This document shows positions 13,261-28,500 of a stretch of 64,000 bases of DNA, piece by piece. Position 1 is the first letter of the stretch. The number at the start of each line of letters is the position of its first letter. This stretch comes from Podarcis filfolensis (Eukaryota), in NCBI GenBank assembly GCA_964270895.1, contig OZ185439.1; one strand, given 5' to 3'. The translations under genes and the position numbers were made by a program. The notes under the pieces are model-generated. The model saw only the letters and a list, made by a program, of their open reading frames with translations. It was not told the origin of the DNA and did no database searches.

Positions 13261-16200
13261 GTAATGTGCTGTGTGTGTGTGAGAGAGAGAAAGAGATCTT
13301 TGCTTCACCTTCTTTTCTGTCTTGCATATATAAAGTCGAACAGCAATTTCAGTAATTAAATGCTTAAATCAGAATTGAGAAATAAAGGACAAAGTCTGTA
13401 GCTCAGTGGTAGGGAAGGCTCCAAGTTCCAACCCGGGCATCTCCATGTAGGATTGGGAAAGTCTCTTGACTGAAACACTAACTCAGTATAAGGCAGCTTC
13501 ATATATTCCTATGAAGAAACGAATGTTGACTGTTTTCATATTTGAACTGCTTGAACCTTTTAGAGCATAGTCATAGGTATCAACTTTGCTGTAGAAAATT
13601 GACTGTCATTTGCTTTGTTGCGAACTTGGTCTTCAGATTATGGTCTGTGCATCCATCTAGAGTTAGTCACGCTTATGCACACTTTCAGGGAAGTAAGTGC
13701 CATTGATTTGTTTCTCAGGAAACAGGAACAGACCGCAAATCTTGTTGAGAGCAATGGGATAAGTTTGTCAAAACCAATTTATTCTACTGGTTTCAGTGGG
13801 GTGAACTTTGGCCGGATCGGTATGTTAGTGTTCGTTAGAAAATAAATTAAAACCCATTACTCTATTCATTTCACAACCTTGCCTTTGTTTGGGGGAAATT
13901 ATTGAATGATTTATTACTTTGATTACATTTGGCATTCAATTCAGGGAAGCTAGATTCCAGAGAATAGTTTTGAGATGTAGACTAGGTAGATTGTCTAGGG
14001 AACTTTTTCTAACCCTCTCCACTGGAGGCTTGAAAGAAAAACGGTTTTTAAAGAGGTCATTAAGAAGCTAAGTCAACATTATTATTTTTTTGTTAGGAAT
14101 CTTCCCAAACATATTGGGTGGTATTCAACTAAGTTTTACATATACCGTATTTTTCGCCCTATAGGACTCACTTTTTCCCCTCCAAAAATGAAGGCGAAAT
14201 GTGGGTGCGTCCTATGGGGCGAATACAGGCTTTCGCTGAAGCCTGGAGAGCGAGAGGCTCTCGCTCTCCATGCTTCAGGAAGCTCTGCGCGACCCTCCAA
14301 GCTGCGCCGGCCTCCGGAGGGTCGCACAGAGCTGCCTGTGCTCCCGGGGTCCGCGCAGCTCTGTGCAACACTCCAGAGCCTGGCGCCAAGCTGCGCCGGG
14401 CTCCGGAGGGTCGCGCAGAGCTGCCTGCCTGAAGAGCGTGCCCGGGCTTCGCACAGCTGTCCGCAAGCCTGGGGAGACCGGCGCGGCTCCCTAGGCTTGC
14501 AGATAGCAGGCTGTTCTGGGGGCTGGGGTCAGGGGAAGCTCGGGCTTCCCCCGCGCCAGCCCCGTGCCTGGGGGGAAGATATTTTTTTTTCTTTATTCCC
14601 CCCCCCAAAAAAACTAGGTGTGTCCTATGGGGCGGTGCGTCCTATGGGGCAAAAAATACGGTAGTAAACACACTGAAATTAATGAACATGACTAAGTTAG
14701 GTCCATTAATTTTAAAGGATCTGCTCTGGGCAGAGGTGCCAGCTTCTCCAGACTATTTAGGGGTCCTGTCATGACATCCCTACATCATGCACATGATATC
14801 GTGCAACGTTCTGATGTCACGCGTGTGGCACTGCATGGCATTCTGATGTTGTGCGACTTTATGATGTCACGTGCGTCCCCTCAATTGTCCAGAGAAGTTG
14901 GCCCGTCCTTCTCTAAAATAAGATGGGGGAGAAAGCTAAAGTGCTTTGGCCCCAGACACTGGCACCCTTGGCTCTAGGTAAACAGTGGCGTAGCGTGGGT
15001 TGTCAGCACCCGGGGCAAGGCAAGTAATTTGCGCCCCCTAACCCGTGGATTTGCGCCCCCTAACCCGTGGATTTGCCCTAACCCCCAGATGTTGCGCCCG
15101 GTGCGGCCGGCCCCCCCTGCACCCCCCATGCTACGCCACTGTAGGTAAACACCACCTGGAGTACAGAACCTCTGAGCATCAAATTTGTGCTCCTACTTAT
15201 ACTACCTATAGAACACTCAAGCTTGAAAGTCAGTTTTTACCTCAATGTAAAATGGATTAGATGTATTTTAGAGCGTAGCAGCTTCTTCAGCATGTGTCCA
15301 GTTGAAGTTCATGTTTTTGATGTGGTATGGGATCTCCCCTCCCCCCAATTGCCCCCAGAAGGTTGCAGCCATAGGCGCCAACTCCCTGGGGCCCTGGATG
15401 CCTGAGCACTCACAAAATTCCCCATAAAGGGGCTGGACACCCACAAAATTTGGTGCCAAGGCACCCATGGTCCTGGGGCACCCATGGTCCTGGGGCCAAG
15501 TTGGCACTCCTGGTCCCAGCAGATGTTGCCACAGGTTTCCTGCATGCACAGATTCAGGGTCTCCCTAATCATGGGCAATAGGATGGAAGATTCACTTCTA
15601 AAACAAGTTTAGAAGGATTGTGGAAAGTAAGCCCCTCCCACAGTCGATAGAACTGATCATTAATCACATACACTATTCCCAATCTTAAGGGGGAATGCCT
15701 CATATCTTACAGAGCCAAAATGGCACTCCAAAAATGAAAAAGGAGGCTATCAATAGGTTTAGGGGAAACCCAAGATTTGCAATTGTATGGAATTTTTTTA
15801 CAGAAGAAAAGTGGACCAAGCATTCCACACAGGGGACGGTGTCCTCAGGGGCCAATAAATATTGACTGTTGGGGGCAGGTACAGAAAACCAAGGGATAGA
15901 GGTGAGCAATTTGATTCAGTTCACATTTAAAGGTGAACCTACCTACCATGCACTTTCTGAAACAATACACAAACTAAAACACAGCCATCCTTTGAGATCT
16001 TATTCTGTGGATAAGTAAGGCATACACAAATGCATAGTCTAGGATAAAGGGTGCCTAAACATGCATATGGCACAAGCTGTTATTTATGTGTTGTTTTTAC
16101 CTGTATGGGCCTATGGCCGTAATAAATGAAATTTCAATTTCATGCATATGTAAGTGTAAATAACAGATGAAATGCATTATATTAGGGAATATAGCTTTGC

Positions 16201-18101
16201 AAAAAAATGTGTACAAAGGGGCAAATATGCATTCCGCATGTGTATTTTAGGAGAAATTTGCAGTAAAATACTGATAAATTTTATGAGAACCTTAAAAATT
16301 ACAAACTGGATTGGAAATGTGAAAAACTGAAAGGATTGGAAACATGAGGAATGGGGAGAAACCAAGATGCACAGATTTGCCCATTCCTAGGTAGGGGAAA
16401 CTGAATTAGAGTAGGGAATCTTGAACTGAGGCCACTGCACACGCCAACATTTTTGTTGTAGGTCTCACTTATTTAAAACTCATTTTTAAGTAGTTGTTCC
16501 ACTCCAGCTGGTTTGGACTATAAATTCCCTGGCTCAAGAATGTTTTGTATAGTGACTAGCTGGGCTGAAATATATTTTGATGCGAGTTGCGACTATTGTT
16601 TTGTAGGCTCTCCTGGGCATCAGTCTTAAACAAGAACCACTGTGTGCCAGATCCTGCCACCCACACAAAGGGGAAAAGTTCGGAAGCCAGGAGGGAAGGT
16701 GTGGCTGGGGATGGGAAGAGAAGGTTGGCAAGGGTTGGTCAGTGCCAGAAATTTCCTCTCTCTCCCTGCCAGAAACAGCGTAGGTTGTTGCGTGACCATG
16801 ACGTCTGTGGTGTGTGATGGTGTACTCAAACTGGTTTAGAGAGGAGGAATTCAATGACTTGGAAATGCTTTTCCTTTCCTACACATCACTCTTTCCTGTG
16901 TTTTCTTGTGCATTACCTATGTCATCACCCCCAGCATGGGTTGCATCCAATTTGAAAAACTTCCATTTTTTAAAATGAACCAACCACAACTTACACATTT
17001 TATTAATTAACTAATTGGAAATGCATCATTTTTTAATATTAAGTGTCCAAGGTACTATGCTGTGTAACATTTTTGCTTGAATTGTGTTTTACTTGACTCT
17101 GCCTTAAATAACTCTAGTTACTGAGTGTTGCTGTTACATTCAGGTCCTGCTTGCAGGCTTCGCACAGGCAGAACAGGATACTGGACTAGCAGCTTCATCT
17201 AGTTTCTGACTTCTGTAGTTATAGAGGTTGTCATAACTGAATTTGCATGGAAGCAAATATCTATGTGAATGCAAAGAATTTTTTCCCCCATTTGCCCAAA
17301 TGTTTCCTATTATGGAGAATATCCATTCCATGCAGCTATTTATGGCTGAGAAGGCATCAAGGGACTCTCCACCACTCCATTTGGTTGTATTCCATAAGCA
17401 TTACTTTTGAATTCCTGAAAACCCTTGAGAGGTTTCTCTGAGCATTCAGCCATAATTCTCAAGAGAAGTCTTTTTCAACCTGGTGCCTTCCAGATGTCAT
17501 TAGCCTATAACTCCCATCCCAAACAACATGAATGGGGCTGATGGGAGTAGGCGTCCAAAAACATCCAAAGAGCACCAGGTTGGTGAAACCTTCTCCAAAG
17601 GGTTCAATGATGGAGGCTTGAAGATCAGCCCACCACCATTCACAGTGGGAAGAGATGCTCAGAACATCATTTCCTCCTGAAGCAGAAATCTATTGGGTCT
17701 TAGCCTTTTCAAGAGCACTCTGCCCTCTCCTACCTACTCCCTGTCCTCAAGGTGAAGTATTTTTGTGTGTGTGTTGGGGAAGAGGGAAGAGGCAACAGGC
17801 TGTGAACATCAGCATGGATGTAAGAAAAATCGAGGTGGAGGAACCAGTCCACTTCAGTCCTGCTCACTGTAATTCCACAGACCTAGGTGCGCAAATAGAG
17901 CACTGAAAGCATAAGCTGTGGGTCAGTTAAAGCACAACAGTTGAGGTCCAATTCCTTCTTCTGCACTCATTCCCCAGTTTTGAACACCCAATCCCAGACA
18001 TCAGATATAGATCTTCAGTTCTGGTAATGTCTGGGTGAAAAAAACACATATGGGACATCTCTTAATTTAATATCTATAACATCTATATTCACACACACAC
18101 A

Positions 18102-18134
<33 letters not shown>

Positions 18135-21100
18135 CCACTTTATTGTGGTCCTTAGACCCAAAATACACAGTACAACAATAGTACATATTAACAGTTATTA
18201 AGGTGTAAGATCAGCCTTGCTGGCCAACAGAGGAGCTTTAGCTGGTACATACTGATTTCTTATTTTTATTGCCTTTAAGAAGTGTAACAGTATCAAACTT
18301 ATCCTCAAGGAGAACCTTAACATGAAATGGGTCAGTATTTCTAGGTTGTTCCGATAGTATTGGATTGATTAGATGCTGTCGAACCTGTTTATACAAACTA
18401 CAGTTTATTAAAATATGTTCCATATGTTCAACATCCTGGGAACATGTGCACAGCCTTATCTCGGTATGGGACACCAGCCAATATTCCCCTCAGCACTTCA
18501 GATGGGAAAGCATTTAATCTGACTTTAGAAAACAGATGGCGATAGTTAGATACAGTCAAATTCTTAAGCTAGGGAGATAACAAAAAACCTTGTAGGTATT
18601 GGAATCCTGACACAGATGGACCACAGGGCACATGTGAGCAAGATCGCAAATCACTAAAGGTGATATCCCATAAGCTCTGTTTCACAGTTTTGAGGGCAGT
18701 ATCATACCCCAGGTGGGTAAGAAAAAGGTTGAAATACCTATCAAAGAGGCCTTACATGCCATGGTTTTTGACCAGGAGCCGATGTACTCCTCATTTATCA
18801 AATGAAGGAGTAGCCCGCTTCCAAAGCCATACATGCAGATTCTTAGCCAATATTTCAAAGCACTCCACCAGTGGGTAGGGAGAGAGAGGAATTACATGCT
18901 GCCAGGCTACAAACATTGTAAAAATTAGTTTCATAGCAAGGCTCAATACACTCATTGTTCTTCCCCCTGGATATTATTTACACATCTCCCAAGTATTGCA
19001 GAAATAGCCTTTCATTGCTAATCATTATTTTTCATTATACTTTCCCACAGTCATACAGAAGAAGCTTAGCCTTCTTTAATAACCTTTAAATGTATTTATA
19101 TAAAACAATAAACTCCTCTATTAACCTTAACCTTTTTTAAGCTCAGCAGTAGTAGCTTTAGTAAATTCACTTATTAAATATTTCTATTTTGGTGTTCTTT
19201 AGCTTGTAGGACAAGTCTCCCCTTGTCCTACCTGGAGATGCTGGGAACTGAACCTGGGAACTTTTGCGTGGAAAGCAGATGCTCTGGCACCAAGCTGTAG
19301 CTTAGCTGAGAAGGAATGGAGCTAGGGTTCTCATTGCCTTACATGAGGAGGGCCCCCTTAAGGGGTACCAGGGATGTAGGTGTGGATCAGTCTACCTGAG
19401 ATGATGATTGCATTGCTATGCCACTGGGATGCTGAGCAACAGTCATAGTCATGTTTGCACATAGTCGAGACCCATGTTTATTCAAAGTCTGTGTCCTGTG
19501 TGTTCCTCTTTGACCTCTATGAAAGATACTTCCAACGGCAAGTGCAAAAGATTTGCTGTGGTGCAATTACTGTCTTCTGCAAATTATGCCTTTTACAGAG
19601 GTTTCGCTGGGGTTCTATGGAAGCATTTTGAGATTATACTAGCACCACTTCAGAAAAAAAGGATTATGAAAAGGAGCTACTCTGTGGGTGGTTAAGGGGC
19701 AGTAATCGTAAATTAAATGCTATCAGATTTCCAGAAGCCAGTAAAGTTATAAAGATGATCAGAAGAATGATTCATGTTGTTTGAATTTAAGTACTAACAT
19801 TAATTTCCTTAATACTAGTCAAACATTGTGAAATGCTGCTCTTAAAACAGAACTGAGTTTTGTTGAATAACGTCCCATTTCAAGAGTCTAAAAAGTAATT
19901 GTTCAAACTCCATTCTTTGATTCTCTCCCCCCCCCCCCCCCCGTTTGCAATTTATACAGTAACATAAAAATTTGCTCTGGCTGTGAGAGAAATCCTTTCC
20001 CAGCCCCAGTAGCATAGCTAAGGGGGGGGCAGGGAGGGTGGTCCACACTGGGTGGCAGGCTTACCCAAAGGGTGTCCCGGGTGTCGCACAGCCTGCAGAG
20101 TGCCCCAGCCACCACCTCCTGCTTGGCTGTGGATGGCCTGGAAAATCAGCATGGCCTGGAGCTCAGCTTATTTGCCCCACCCCATGGGCGGCTTGCCCTG
20201 CCCCTGTGGGCAGTGCATGCACCAGCCCCGGGCACCCAAGCGGCTTGCTACACCACTGCCCAGCCCTGTCAACTAGTGGCTAACCTCTGTCTACAGCAAT
20301 GTCAACCAGCAATCAAGGAAGGAGGGGGAGGGATGCAAGTTGGCAATGGTTCTTCTTTACTACTGCCAGCCACAACAGTGCTGTGCTGTGGCCTAATCCT
20401 GGAATTACAATCCAGGGGTATACTAGAAAGAGCAGGTTCTCCCTCATGTATGTCACTCTGGCCCTGCCTCCAGAAGTGAGCTAGTGTTGCAGATTGGCCT
20501 CCAATGTACAACTTCCAACTTGCACAGCTACTGCTTTGAGCTCAGATGAAATGGAACTTTTAGTATACAGTGCTCTTATTCATTTGGGGTTTCTTTTTGT
20601 TTGTAAGAACAAACTTGATTGCATTTAAGATTGAAGCCCTACATATGAGACCCCTAAGATTTGTAACTGTATTCCACTATAATGGTTGCAGAAATTGGAT
20701 TTGCTAGAGGAGTGTCCTTGTTCTTCTTCTTCTTGCTAGCAAAAGTGGCATATTTTTGTCGTTGCGAGCATGGCATTCAATGAAGCCATTTTTTTCTTCT
20801 TGATGAAGAACATTTCCTGCTACATATTAAACCACATCAATTCAATGAACAATTTTGAAATTGTATTCTTGCAATGTTTTCTTGATTCTCTTTCCTCTCT
20901 CCCTTTTCTTTTAAATAGGAGTGAAATCTGCCACAACAGTAGCTAAAGGTAAGCAGCATCTCTTCTGCTACATAATATAATGTTGAATTCCAGTTCCCGG
21001 CATGCTGACAATATAACATCGCTTTCTCATGCAGAAGTTTGCTAGTGGGTAGCCTGCAAACCCCTTCAGATGCTGTTGGAGGAGCCTAATTGCTGGGGCT

Positions 21101-22505
21101 GTGCATGCCCCTCAATGCAATCTAGGGCCCTATCTGTCACACTGGAGCAACCCAATCTGACCCAAGCTGATCTGGGTCCAACCCAGCCTGACCCAATATC
21201 TTGTGAATTGCCCTGTGATCTTTGGATGAAGGGCGGTATACAAATTTAAGAAATAATAATAAATAATAATAAGCTTGAAATTTTTTTTGGGGGGGGGCGG
21301 GAACAGTTCTAACTCAAGTTAAATATTTGGCCAGAAGAGGAGAAGGAGAAACTGCCTCCCCCCCCAACAGCATATTTCATTAGGGTACTAAATCAAACAC
21401 ATCAGATTCCCCCCCCCCAAAAAAAAATACCCATAGCAATGCATTCAGAAAAACCCTTGAATTCTTTGCATTCTGGTTTCTTGTTCTTATAAGAGTGCCT
21501 ACCATGAGCTGAACCTATCTATAGGCCTGTGCTGCAAAGAAAAGCTGGATTCACTGGGCTCGTAGCAGATCTAGTATTTATTCTTCTGCCAATGGCAGCT
21601 CTCTGCTTAATGGTGCAAAGATCACCTGGCTTCATGACACACAACAGATGTGATGCTGAAGATGGCTGAAGAGAACAGAAGGACCACATGGAATTCAGTC
21701 CTTGTGATTCTGTCCTCTGGGTCTTGGTGAAGCTGGAAAGTTGTTACTGGGATCTGCTTTTGGAGGGGTGGGGGGAAGCAATGCTTTGACACAATACTCA
21801 GCATTTATTTTTGTATTTGTTAGGTAGCTACAGTTGTGGCAAGACTTTCACAGATCCAACGGGGTCATTTTATCCCACATATTACACTGGTGGTGGAAAC
21901 GTCGTAGAGTGTCTCTGGACAATTGTTTCATATTATAAGATTCCTATAGTGCTAACCCTTGATTATATCAGGTAAGTCCTCCGTTGCTGAAAGCTAGTGT
22001 TTTGTACTGTCAGCATCTCGCTTGTACTTTGGCAATAGGTACCACTGAAGAGGAAATTATTTCGTCATGCTTCCTTTCCTCCTTAATCTTTTTCTTCACT
22101 TTCTGCTTCTCTTTTTCCACACTTACCCCTTTTCATGTTCTCCTGGTTCTTTCATCTTTTCTTTTTCTTTATATGTTTGCTTGTTTTGAATAACTAGAGC
22201 AAAAGGATGCAGAGTTGATATAATACATAAACTGATTGATTTGACATTTTTAAAAAAATACCTTGTGTAAATCATGTATAAGGGCTTTTCACCTGAGCAG
22301 CTTGTTGATGGATCGGGTTCATCTGCAAGGTGTGAGGGAGCTGACACCACCACCCTGTTGTGGGTTACAGGTGTGCCAGTTTAATTTGTTTTTCAAAAAT
22401 TTTCATCATTACTGAAATCACAAAGGAATAAAAGCATGCATATCCTTAAAGCATATATGTGAAAGATTGTATCATCCCTTATATACTCTATCACTGTGCT
22501 CTGCC

Positions 22506-22545
<40 letters not shown>

Positions 22546-25500
22546 ACATTTTCCAGTTTCAGAGTCCATTCCAGTTGTTCTGTTATTTGCAAAGTTAGTA
22601 AAAAATGGCTGGCAATTCCATAAGTGCCGGGGAATCTGGGTCAACTATGGCCTGCATATCTCACTTGGGCTGTCGAAGCTTCTGAGTCTTCATTCACAAA
22701 TTTAATAAAACCAAAGCAAGCTGAATGCAATGTGCCAGATGTTGATTGCCTTGGGAAAGGGTGAGAAATGGAAGTCTTTAAGGTGACCATGTCCTGTGGG
22801 CTCATGCATATTATATTCTAAATAAATAAATGAAGTTTCCAAAATTCCCTACAAAACAGTGCTCATGACTTCTGTGGGAAAATCAATACTATGGCCACAC
22901 TAGGAAGTATAGCTGTCCAGAGCCAGCACTCCTGCTAGAGTTCTGCTGCATATATTTAAAGTAGGAGAGGAATGATGCGCTGGCTCCAGGTCTGGCTCCC
23001 ACTGAGACATTGTGAGATGCATTCCAAAATCTTTCCACCAGAGCCTATTTCTTACCAACCAATGAGACATTACATTAATCAAAATGCTACAATATTTAGT
23101 GCTACAAGGCCTTTATATGTCCTACTTATATGTCCTACTTATCTGGGAGCAGGTCTCAGGGAACTCAAGAGTACCGGTACTTGCTTCCAATTAGCCATGC
23201 ATAGGATTTTGCTGTTGATGTGTTACGACAAAAAATTAACTGAACTCAAGGGGTCACAAACCGCAGGTGGGAGAGGAGACAGAGTTTTTAAAGTTAAGAA
23301 TGTGAGGAGAAAATGAAATCATCAAAATCATATAAATAATAAAATCATTGTCATCGTCAGCTGATACTTTTGAATGCAGGAATTTCTTTGCCTTGTACAG
23401 TATGACTAATGACACTTTTTCCTCCACAGTTTGGACTGTACTCGTGAATACATTCAAATCTATGATGGAATGGTAGATCATTCAGCACTACTTGGGCAAA
23501 TATGCGATGGCCCAAGTCAGGTATTCGTTTCACGTTCAGGCCTCATGAAAGTTTTACTCCACAGAGAGTCCTATCGTGCAGGCTCTGGCTTTTTTGCCTA
23601 TTATGATATAACAGGTAACCCTGGAACTCATACATTTACTTTCCATGCAGCCGAATATTTTTGCTTTTTGTATGCAGGAATAGAATTTTGTAGATCGGAT
23701 TAGAATTTGACATTGTGGGAATTTGCTTCAGGATTACAATAGAGGGGCTTTAACGCAGTAAACAATAGGGTTGTGCAACAGTTCACTAGATTGGCTTGTA
23801 TCTGTACTTGTAATATTGGGAAACAATCTACTCTGCTTCAGAGCCACTCTGTCTTTCCAGTTTGACTTCTTGTTCCGAGTCTGAATTAGACCTGCTTCTC
23901 CCCATTGATTATGATGGGGAATTTAAACATGGCTGAACGTTTTCCCCTTTTCCCCAGGAATGGATGACAGAGAAAACAATGCCTCTCCAGAGAGCATTAA
24001 GCCTGCCAAATTGCAGGCAGTGGAAGGCCTGGTTTTATCCCTACTACAAAACATATGCAGGTTGGATGGGGAGCTGATCTGCGGTCTTACCCTCCACACA
24101 TATGTTCAGTGTCACTGTTTTGATTATCTGAAGAAGGCCTGACTCATCCACAAACTATTTCTGCTCAACCTTTTCAGTGAAATTTTGCCTTTTTTAGTCT
24201 TCCCAGCTCCAGAACTATGCTACTCGTAAAAGCTGCCCAAACCCCTATTTGTTTCCATGGTTTTTCATTTTGTTTCCTCCAGTCTTCCTTCAAATGTTCA
24301 TTTTTTCTTCATAGGGAAAGCAAAAGTGCTAAATTCGCAAATAATTTTTTATTAAAAAAATCAACATTTTCACTGTATATTTTGGAAAGTTGTTTGTTTC
24401 ACTATCCATTTGGATACTTCTTACAATATTATAATGGTTGTCAAGGGACAAGTTGGGATACAATTGGATGCCATTTGGAATCAAGATGGTTGCCACACCA
24501 TGCAAATGTATACTTATTTCAACCACTCATTTTACAATTGCTCCGATACAAGTTTAAAATATAAATGTGGTTTTGATTTTAAAAGAGCAAATATTTTTAA
24601 ATCTAGGTTGAATCTTGACATCTGCGGGACATTATAGCATTAACAATTGCTAGAATGTTGATTGTTTTATAAAATGATGTTTTTTATTTATAGATCTGGC
24701 AACCTCACCAGTCCCTGAATTAACAACAGGTAATGAAATCTGCTCACCTTTTTTTTTAATGTAGGGAATATGAAGGTCCCTGGGCATAACAGTAGGCTTG
24801 GCAGAGTAATGGTCATAGGTAGTAGTCAACTAAATTTTACTGAGAGTATATCCATTTAAATTGAGAGTCCTAACTTAGTCATGTTCATTAATTTCAGTGG
24901 GTCTACTCTGACCAAAATGTAATTAAATGATACCTCATAAATGCTCTAGCATTTGATAATGTTGAGGTAATGAGGTTTTAGCATGGAAGAGAAAATAAAG
25001 ACAGAAACCAAATAAGGAACTATTGGAAATTTAACATTAAGTTATTGAGAATCCTGAAATCCAAACAAGGATAGATAATCTGTTGTAGAAAATATCAGTA
25101 AGAGCAAGGGAGAGAGAATTAATTTGAGCTGGAATCAAGAAGAGAAAGAGAATTCAAAAGGTACGTATTTTTTTTTTCAGACTTAGCTTTGCAAAGCTCT
25201 ATATTGATTTGTTTTGTAATGCTTTGTTCAGCTATTTCCCTAAGTTGTGGAACTAACTGAGTACAGAACTGAGATATACCATTCAACACAGACTAAACTG
25301 TGTTAAATCAACACAGACTTTATTTGGTATTAGGTAAAAAGTCATTGAATATACATTATCTGAACATCACTTACCTGTCCAAATTGGGGTGGTAAATGGG
25401 AGCATAGATAAAAACAGCATACTTTTTTGGCATGCATTTTAAAAACTAAAGGGGGTGAACCTTAATGGAAATGAGTAAGTGAATGAAAGAATGAAAGTTT

Positions 25501-28500
25501 GTTGGAAACAGATGTATTTATTCTTGCTTTGTTGTTGTTGTAAATATTCTTTCATCATGAGGTGAAATCTAATGTTGAATCAGTGCTTTTTTCTAAAAAA
25601 AATGTTTAGGGGTACTCTCATTTTCCTACTCATATTGAAATATCGCCCCTCAATGAGGCCAAACTTAAATTCACAAAATGTTTAGGGGTATGGGTACCCC
25701 TGCGTCCCCCCCCAGAAAAAAAGCACTGTGTTTAATCATGTTCAGGGTAGGTTCATTTATTTCAGTGGAACTACTCTGAATATGACTAATGTTGGATATC
25801 ACCTTCTGATGAGAAGATGAGAGTAAACAGGAACAAAATTAGGACAAAACTTGAAAAATTGTGATATCCTGGTTTATTTTAGTATGTGTAGAGCCAAAAC
25901 ACTGGATCCCAAAGGCCACACATCCCCTGTTTCATATAAGGATATTTACAATTTTCTTCAGAACAGCAGCTAACCTTGGTCAAGAGTCCTATGTTTCTCT
26001 TCAGTGTTCTAAGGTTATTAGAGTCTAAACACACATACGTCTCTGTTGCTTGTCCATTTATGACAACATGCTGGGGTGGTAAAATGCTTGTTATTCAACT
26101 GAGCTTTACTCCACAAATATTGATCAAGGTTGCTTTTTTATCAAATTCTTCTCTCACAGCTCCAGAGTTGACAACCGAACCCGTGTATAGTAAGTTTCCA
26201 ATCTAAATCTTAATTGTTATACTTTGTCCAAAAAGGGTATGAATTAGAGAGAAGCAAGTCTTCAACTGAATAATCAGACATTCAGTTGCAAATCTGTTGC
26301 CTTCTCTCTGTGTTCATGCAGTTAAGAATAATGAATACCCAGTGAAGAGGGCCCTCTTGAAATAGAAAACATCTCTGATCACAACTTGTTATGGTGTAAA
26401 AACACTGCAATCTCTGTTAACTGAAGGGCTTTACAGGCATTTGGACTTATGTCCACCGCCTTTCTCTTCTTCAAGGGAAAACAGAGGCAGCAGGGGTGAT
26501 TTGAGAATAGCCCTCCCCTCAGGCAGTAGCAGGAGCAATGCAGAACAGGGCACCTCAGTCCCAATCTCTCTAGGCCAGCGATGGGACGCCTTTGGTTCTT
26601 CACGTAAAAGTCCTTGACTTATAAATAAATAAATTACTTTTCTGTTCTTCTGTATCTCTTCACTACATTTGCATGCAAAATTCAAGTATAAGATATAATT
26701 TTAACTCTTTTGTGTAACAAGTAGTTCATTTTTTAAAATGAACATAGTAGAATGTGGATATTTAAATTTGCTGACCAATGTTCATCTTTCTTTAGCAACA
26801 ACTCTTCCTCCAGAAACCACTAGTGAGTACCTACCTTTTTGCATGTAATTTTGCCACAGTGAACAGCCAAGGGAATAATGTGATATCGGGCAGAAGATAC
26901 AGCATGGAATTAAAATGCAGTGCCTTCTTACATCCCTTTTATAATAATGGCATCTCAGGACCATCTGAGTAAAATCATGGTTGATGCTCTTTGTTGCTGA
27001 AAGAACGCGAAGCAGGAAGACCAACAGCAGATGGAGCCAGAGCACAGTCATCTAGGCAGCTTCCTAGTTGTCCCCATTCTCCTCCTTGCTCAGCTGTACA
27101 AAGCTAACACTGAGACTAAGAAGGAGGAATCTGACCAGCAGTACCACCTCCTGGACTTGCACATAGGATGGTGGGCAGGCAGGCAGGGGGTGCAGCTGAC
27201 AGCAGAATGAGGTTGGTGGGGCAGTGCCCCATTTGCTTTCACAAATCAGCCTGACCCAAAGGTAGATTAATATTTGTTTTGACACAAAGTAGAAACAGAA
27301 TAGGCTTTAAGCCTTTGAAAAATTGCATTTGCCAACACACACACAACTGAAAGCATGGTCATCTTGCCCTGGGGTGTAAAGTTAACATTTTTGTTCCTTG
27401 CTTTCTGATCATCGCCTTCTGAGAAATCCTATATTTCCAGCCCCCTGAATTGGGTGTTCCCAATGTGCCTAGGTGAAATTTTAGTCCTAGATGCCCGGGG
27501 TCTGAGGGAAGATCTAAAATGCAGTGCTAATGTTGCTGTAGAGGAGATTATCTCTACAATACCTTGCGCATAATGACAACGGAGCCTGGCTCTACAAAAT
27601 GTTCTGTCTGTGTTCTTCAGCGCCCTTTCAGTGTGGTGGCATCCTCTTGGAACCATTTGGATATATCCATGGCCCTTTTTAAAAAATGAACATAGTACAA
27701 TGTGGATATTTAAATTTGCTGACCAATGTTCATCTTTCTTTAGCAACAACTCTTCCTCCAGAAACCACTAGTGAGTACCTACCTTTTTCCATGTACCGGT
27801 AATTTTGCCAAAGTGAACAGCAAAAGGAATAATGTAGTTTCGGGCAGAAGATACAGCATGGAATTAAAACGCAGTCCCTTCTTACATCCTTTATAATAAT
27901 GGCATCTCAGGACCATCTGAGCCAGTGTGGTGTAGTGGTTAAGAGCGGTGGACTCGTAATCTGGAGAACCGGGTTCGCATCTCCGCTCCTCCACATGCAG
28001 CTGCTGGGTGACCTTGGGCTAGTCACACTTCTTTGAAGTCTCTCAGCCCCACTCACCTCACAGAGTGTTTGTTGTGAGGAAGGAAGGGAAAGGAGAATGT
28101 TAGCTGCTTTGAGACTCCTTCGGGTAGTGATAAAGCGGGATATCAAATCCAAATCCATCTGAGTACAATCGTGGGTTTGGTGGTCCACTAAAATATATCC
28201 AGTGTTAGTTACACTGAGTAGGAAACCTTCAGGCCCTTACTACAATGATTGCCTCTTGTGCCCCAGATCCTTTCCCCAAAGATTCTTGGAAATTTTAGCT
28301 TGTTTAGGGTGCTGAGAACTGTTAGGAGGCCCCCATTCCCCTCTCAGAGCTACAGTTGTCAGAGTTCCATGGAGAGAAGGTTTGGTTGTTGAATGTTTGG
28401 CTTAATATCAACACATTCTACCACAATCTGATTGATTCTGTTCTTTCTTACTAGTTCTATCCACAACTGGAGAACCGACCACTATAGTCACGCAGTGTAA

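Noticed and set aside
13615-13845. 76-aa ORF just after gene 2 exon 1
   Set aside because: No recognisable domain; phase-1 reading from the AG near 13718 hits a stop.
14136-14664. Several overlapping long GC-rich ORFs
   Set aside because: They arise from the stop-poor interior of a MITE.
25962-25978. Possible extra micro-exon (cagctaaccttg) before gtcaag
   Set aside because: Weak donor; the 17-nt version breaks frame and the 12-nt version lacks support.
27919-27990. tRNA-like A and B boxes
   Set aside because: Head of a SINE with body, tail and TSD; not a tRNA gene.
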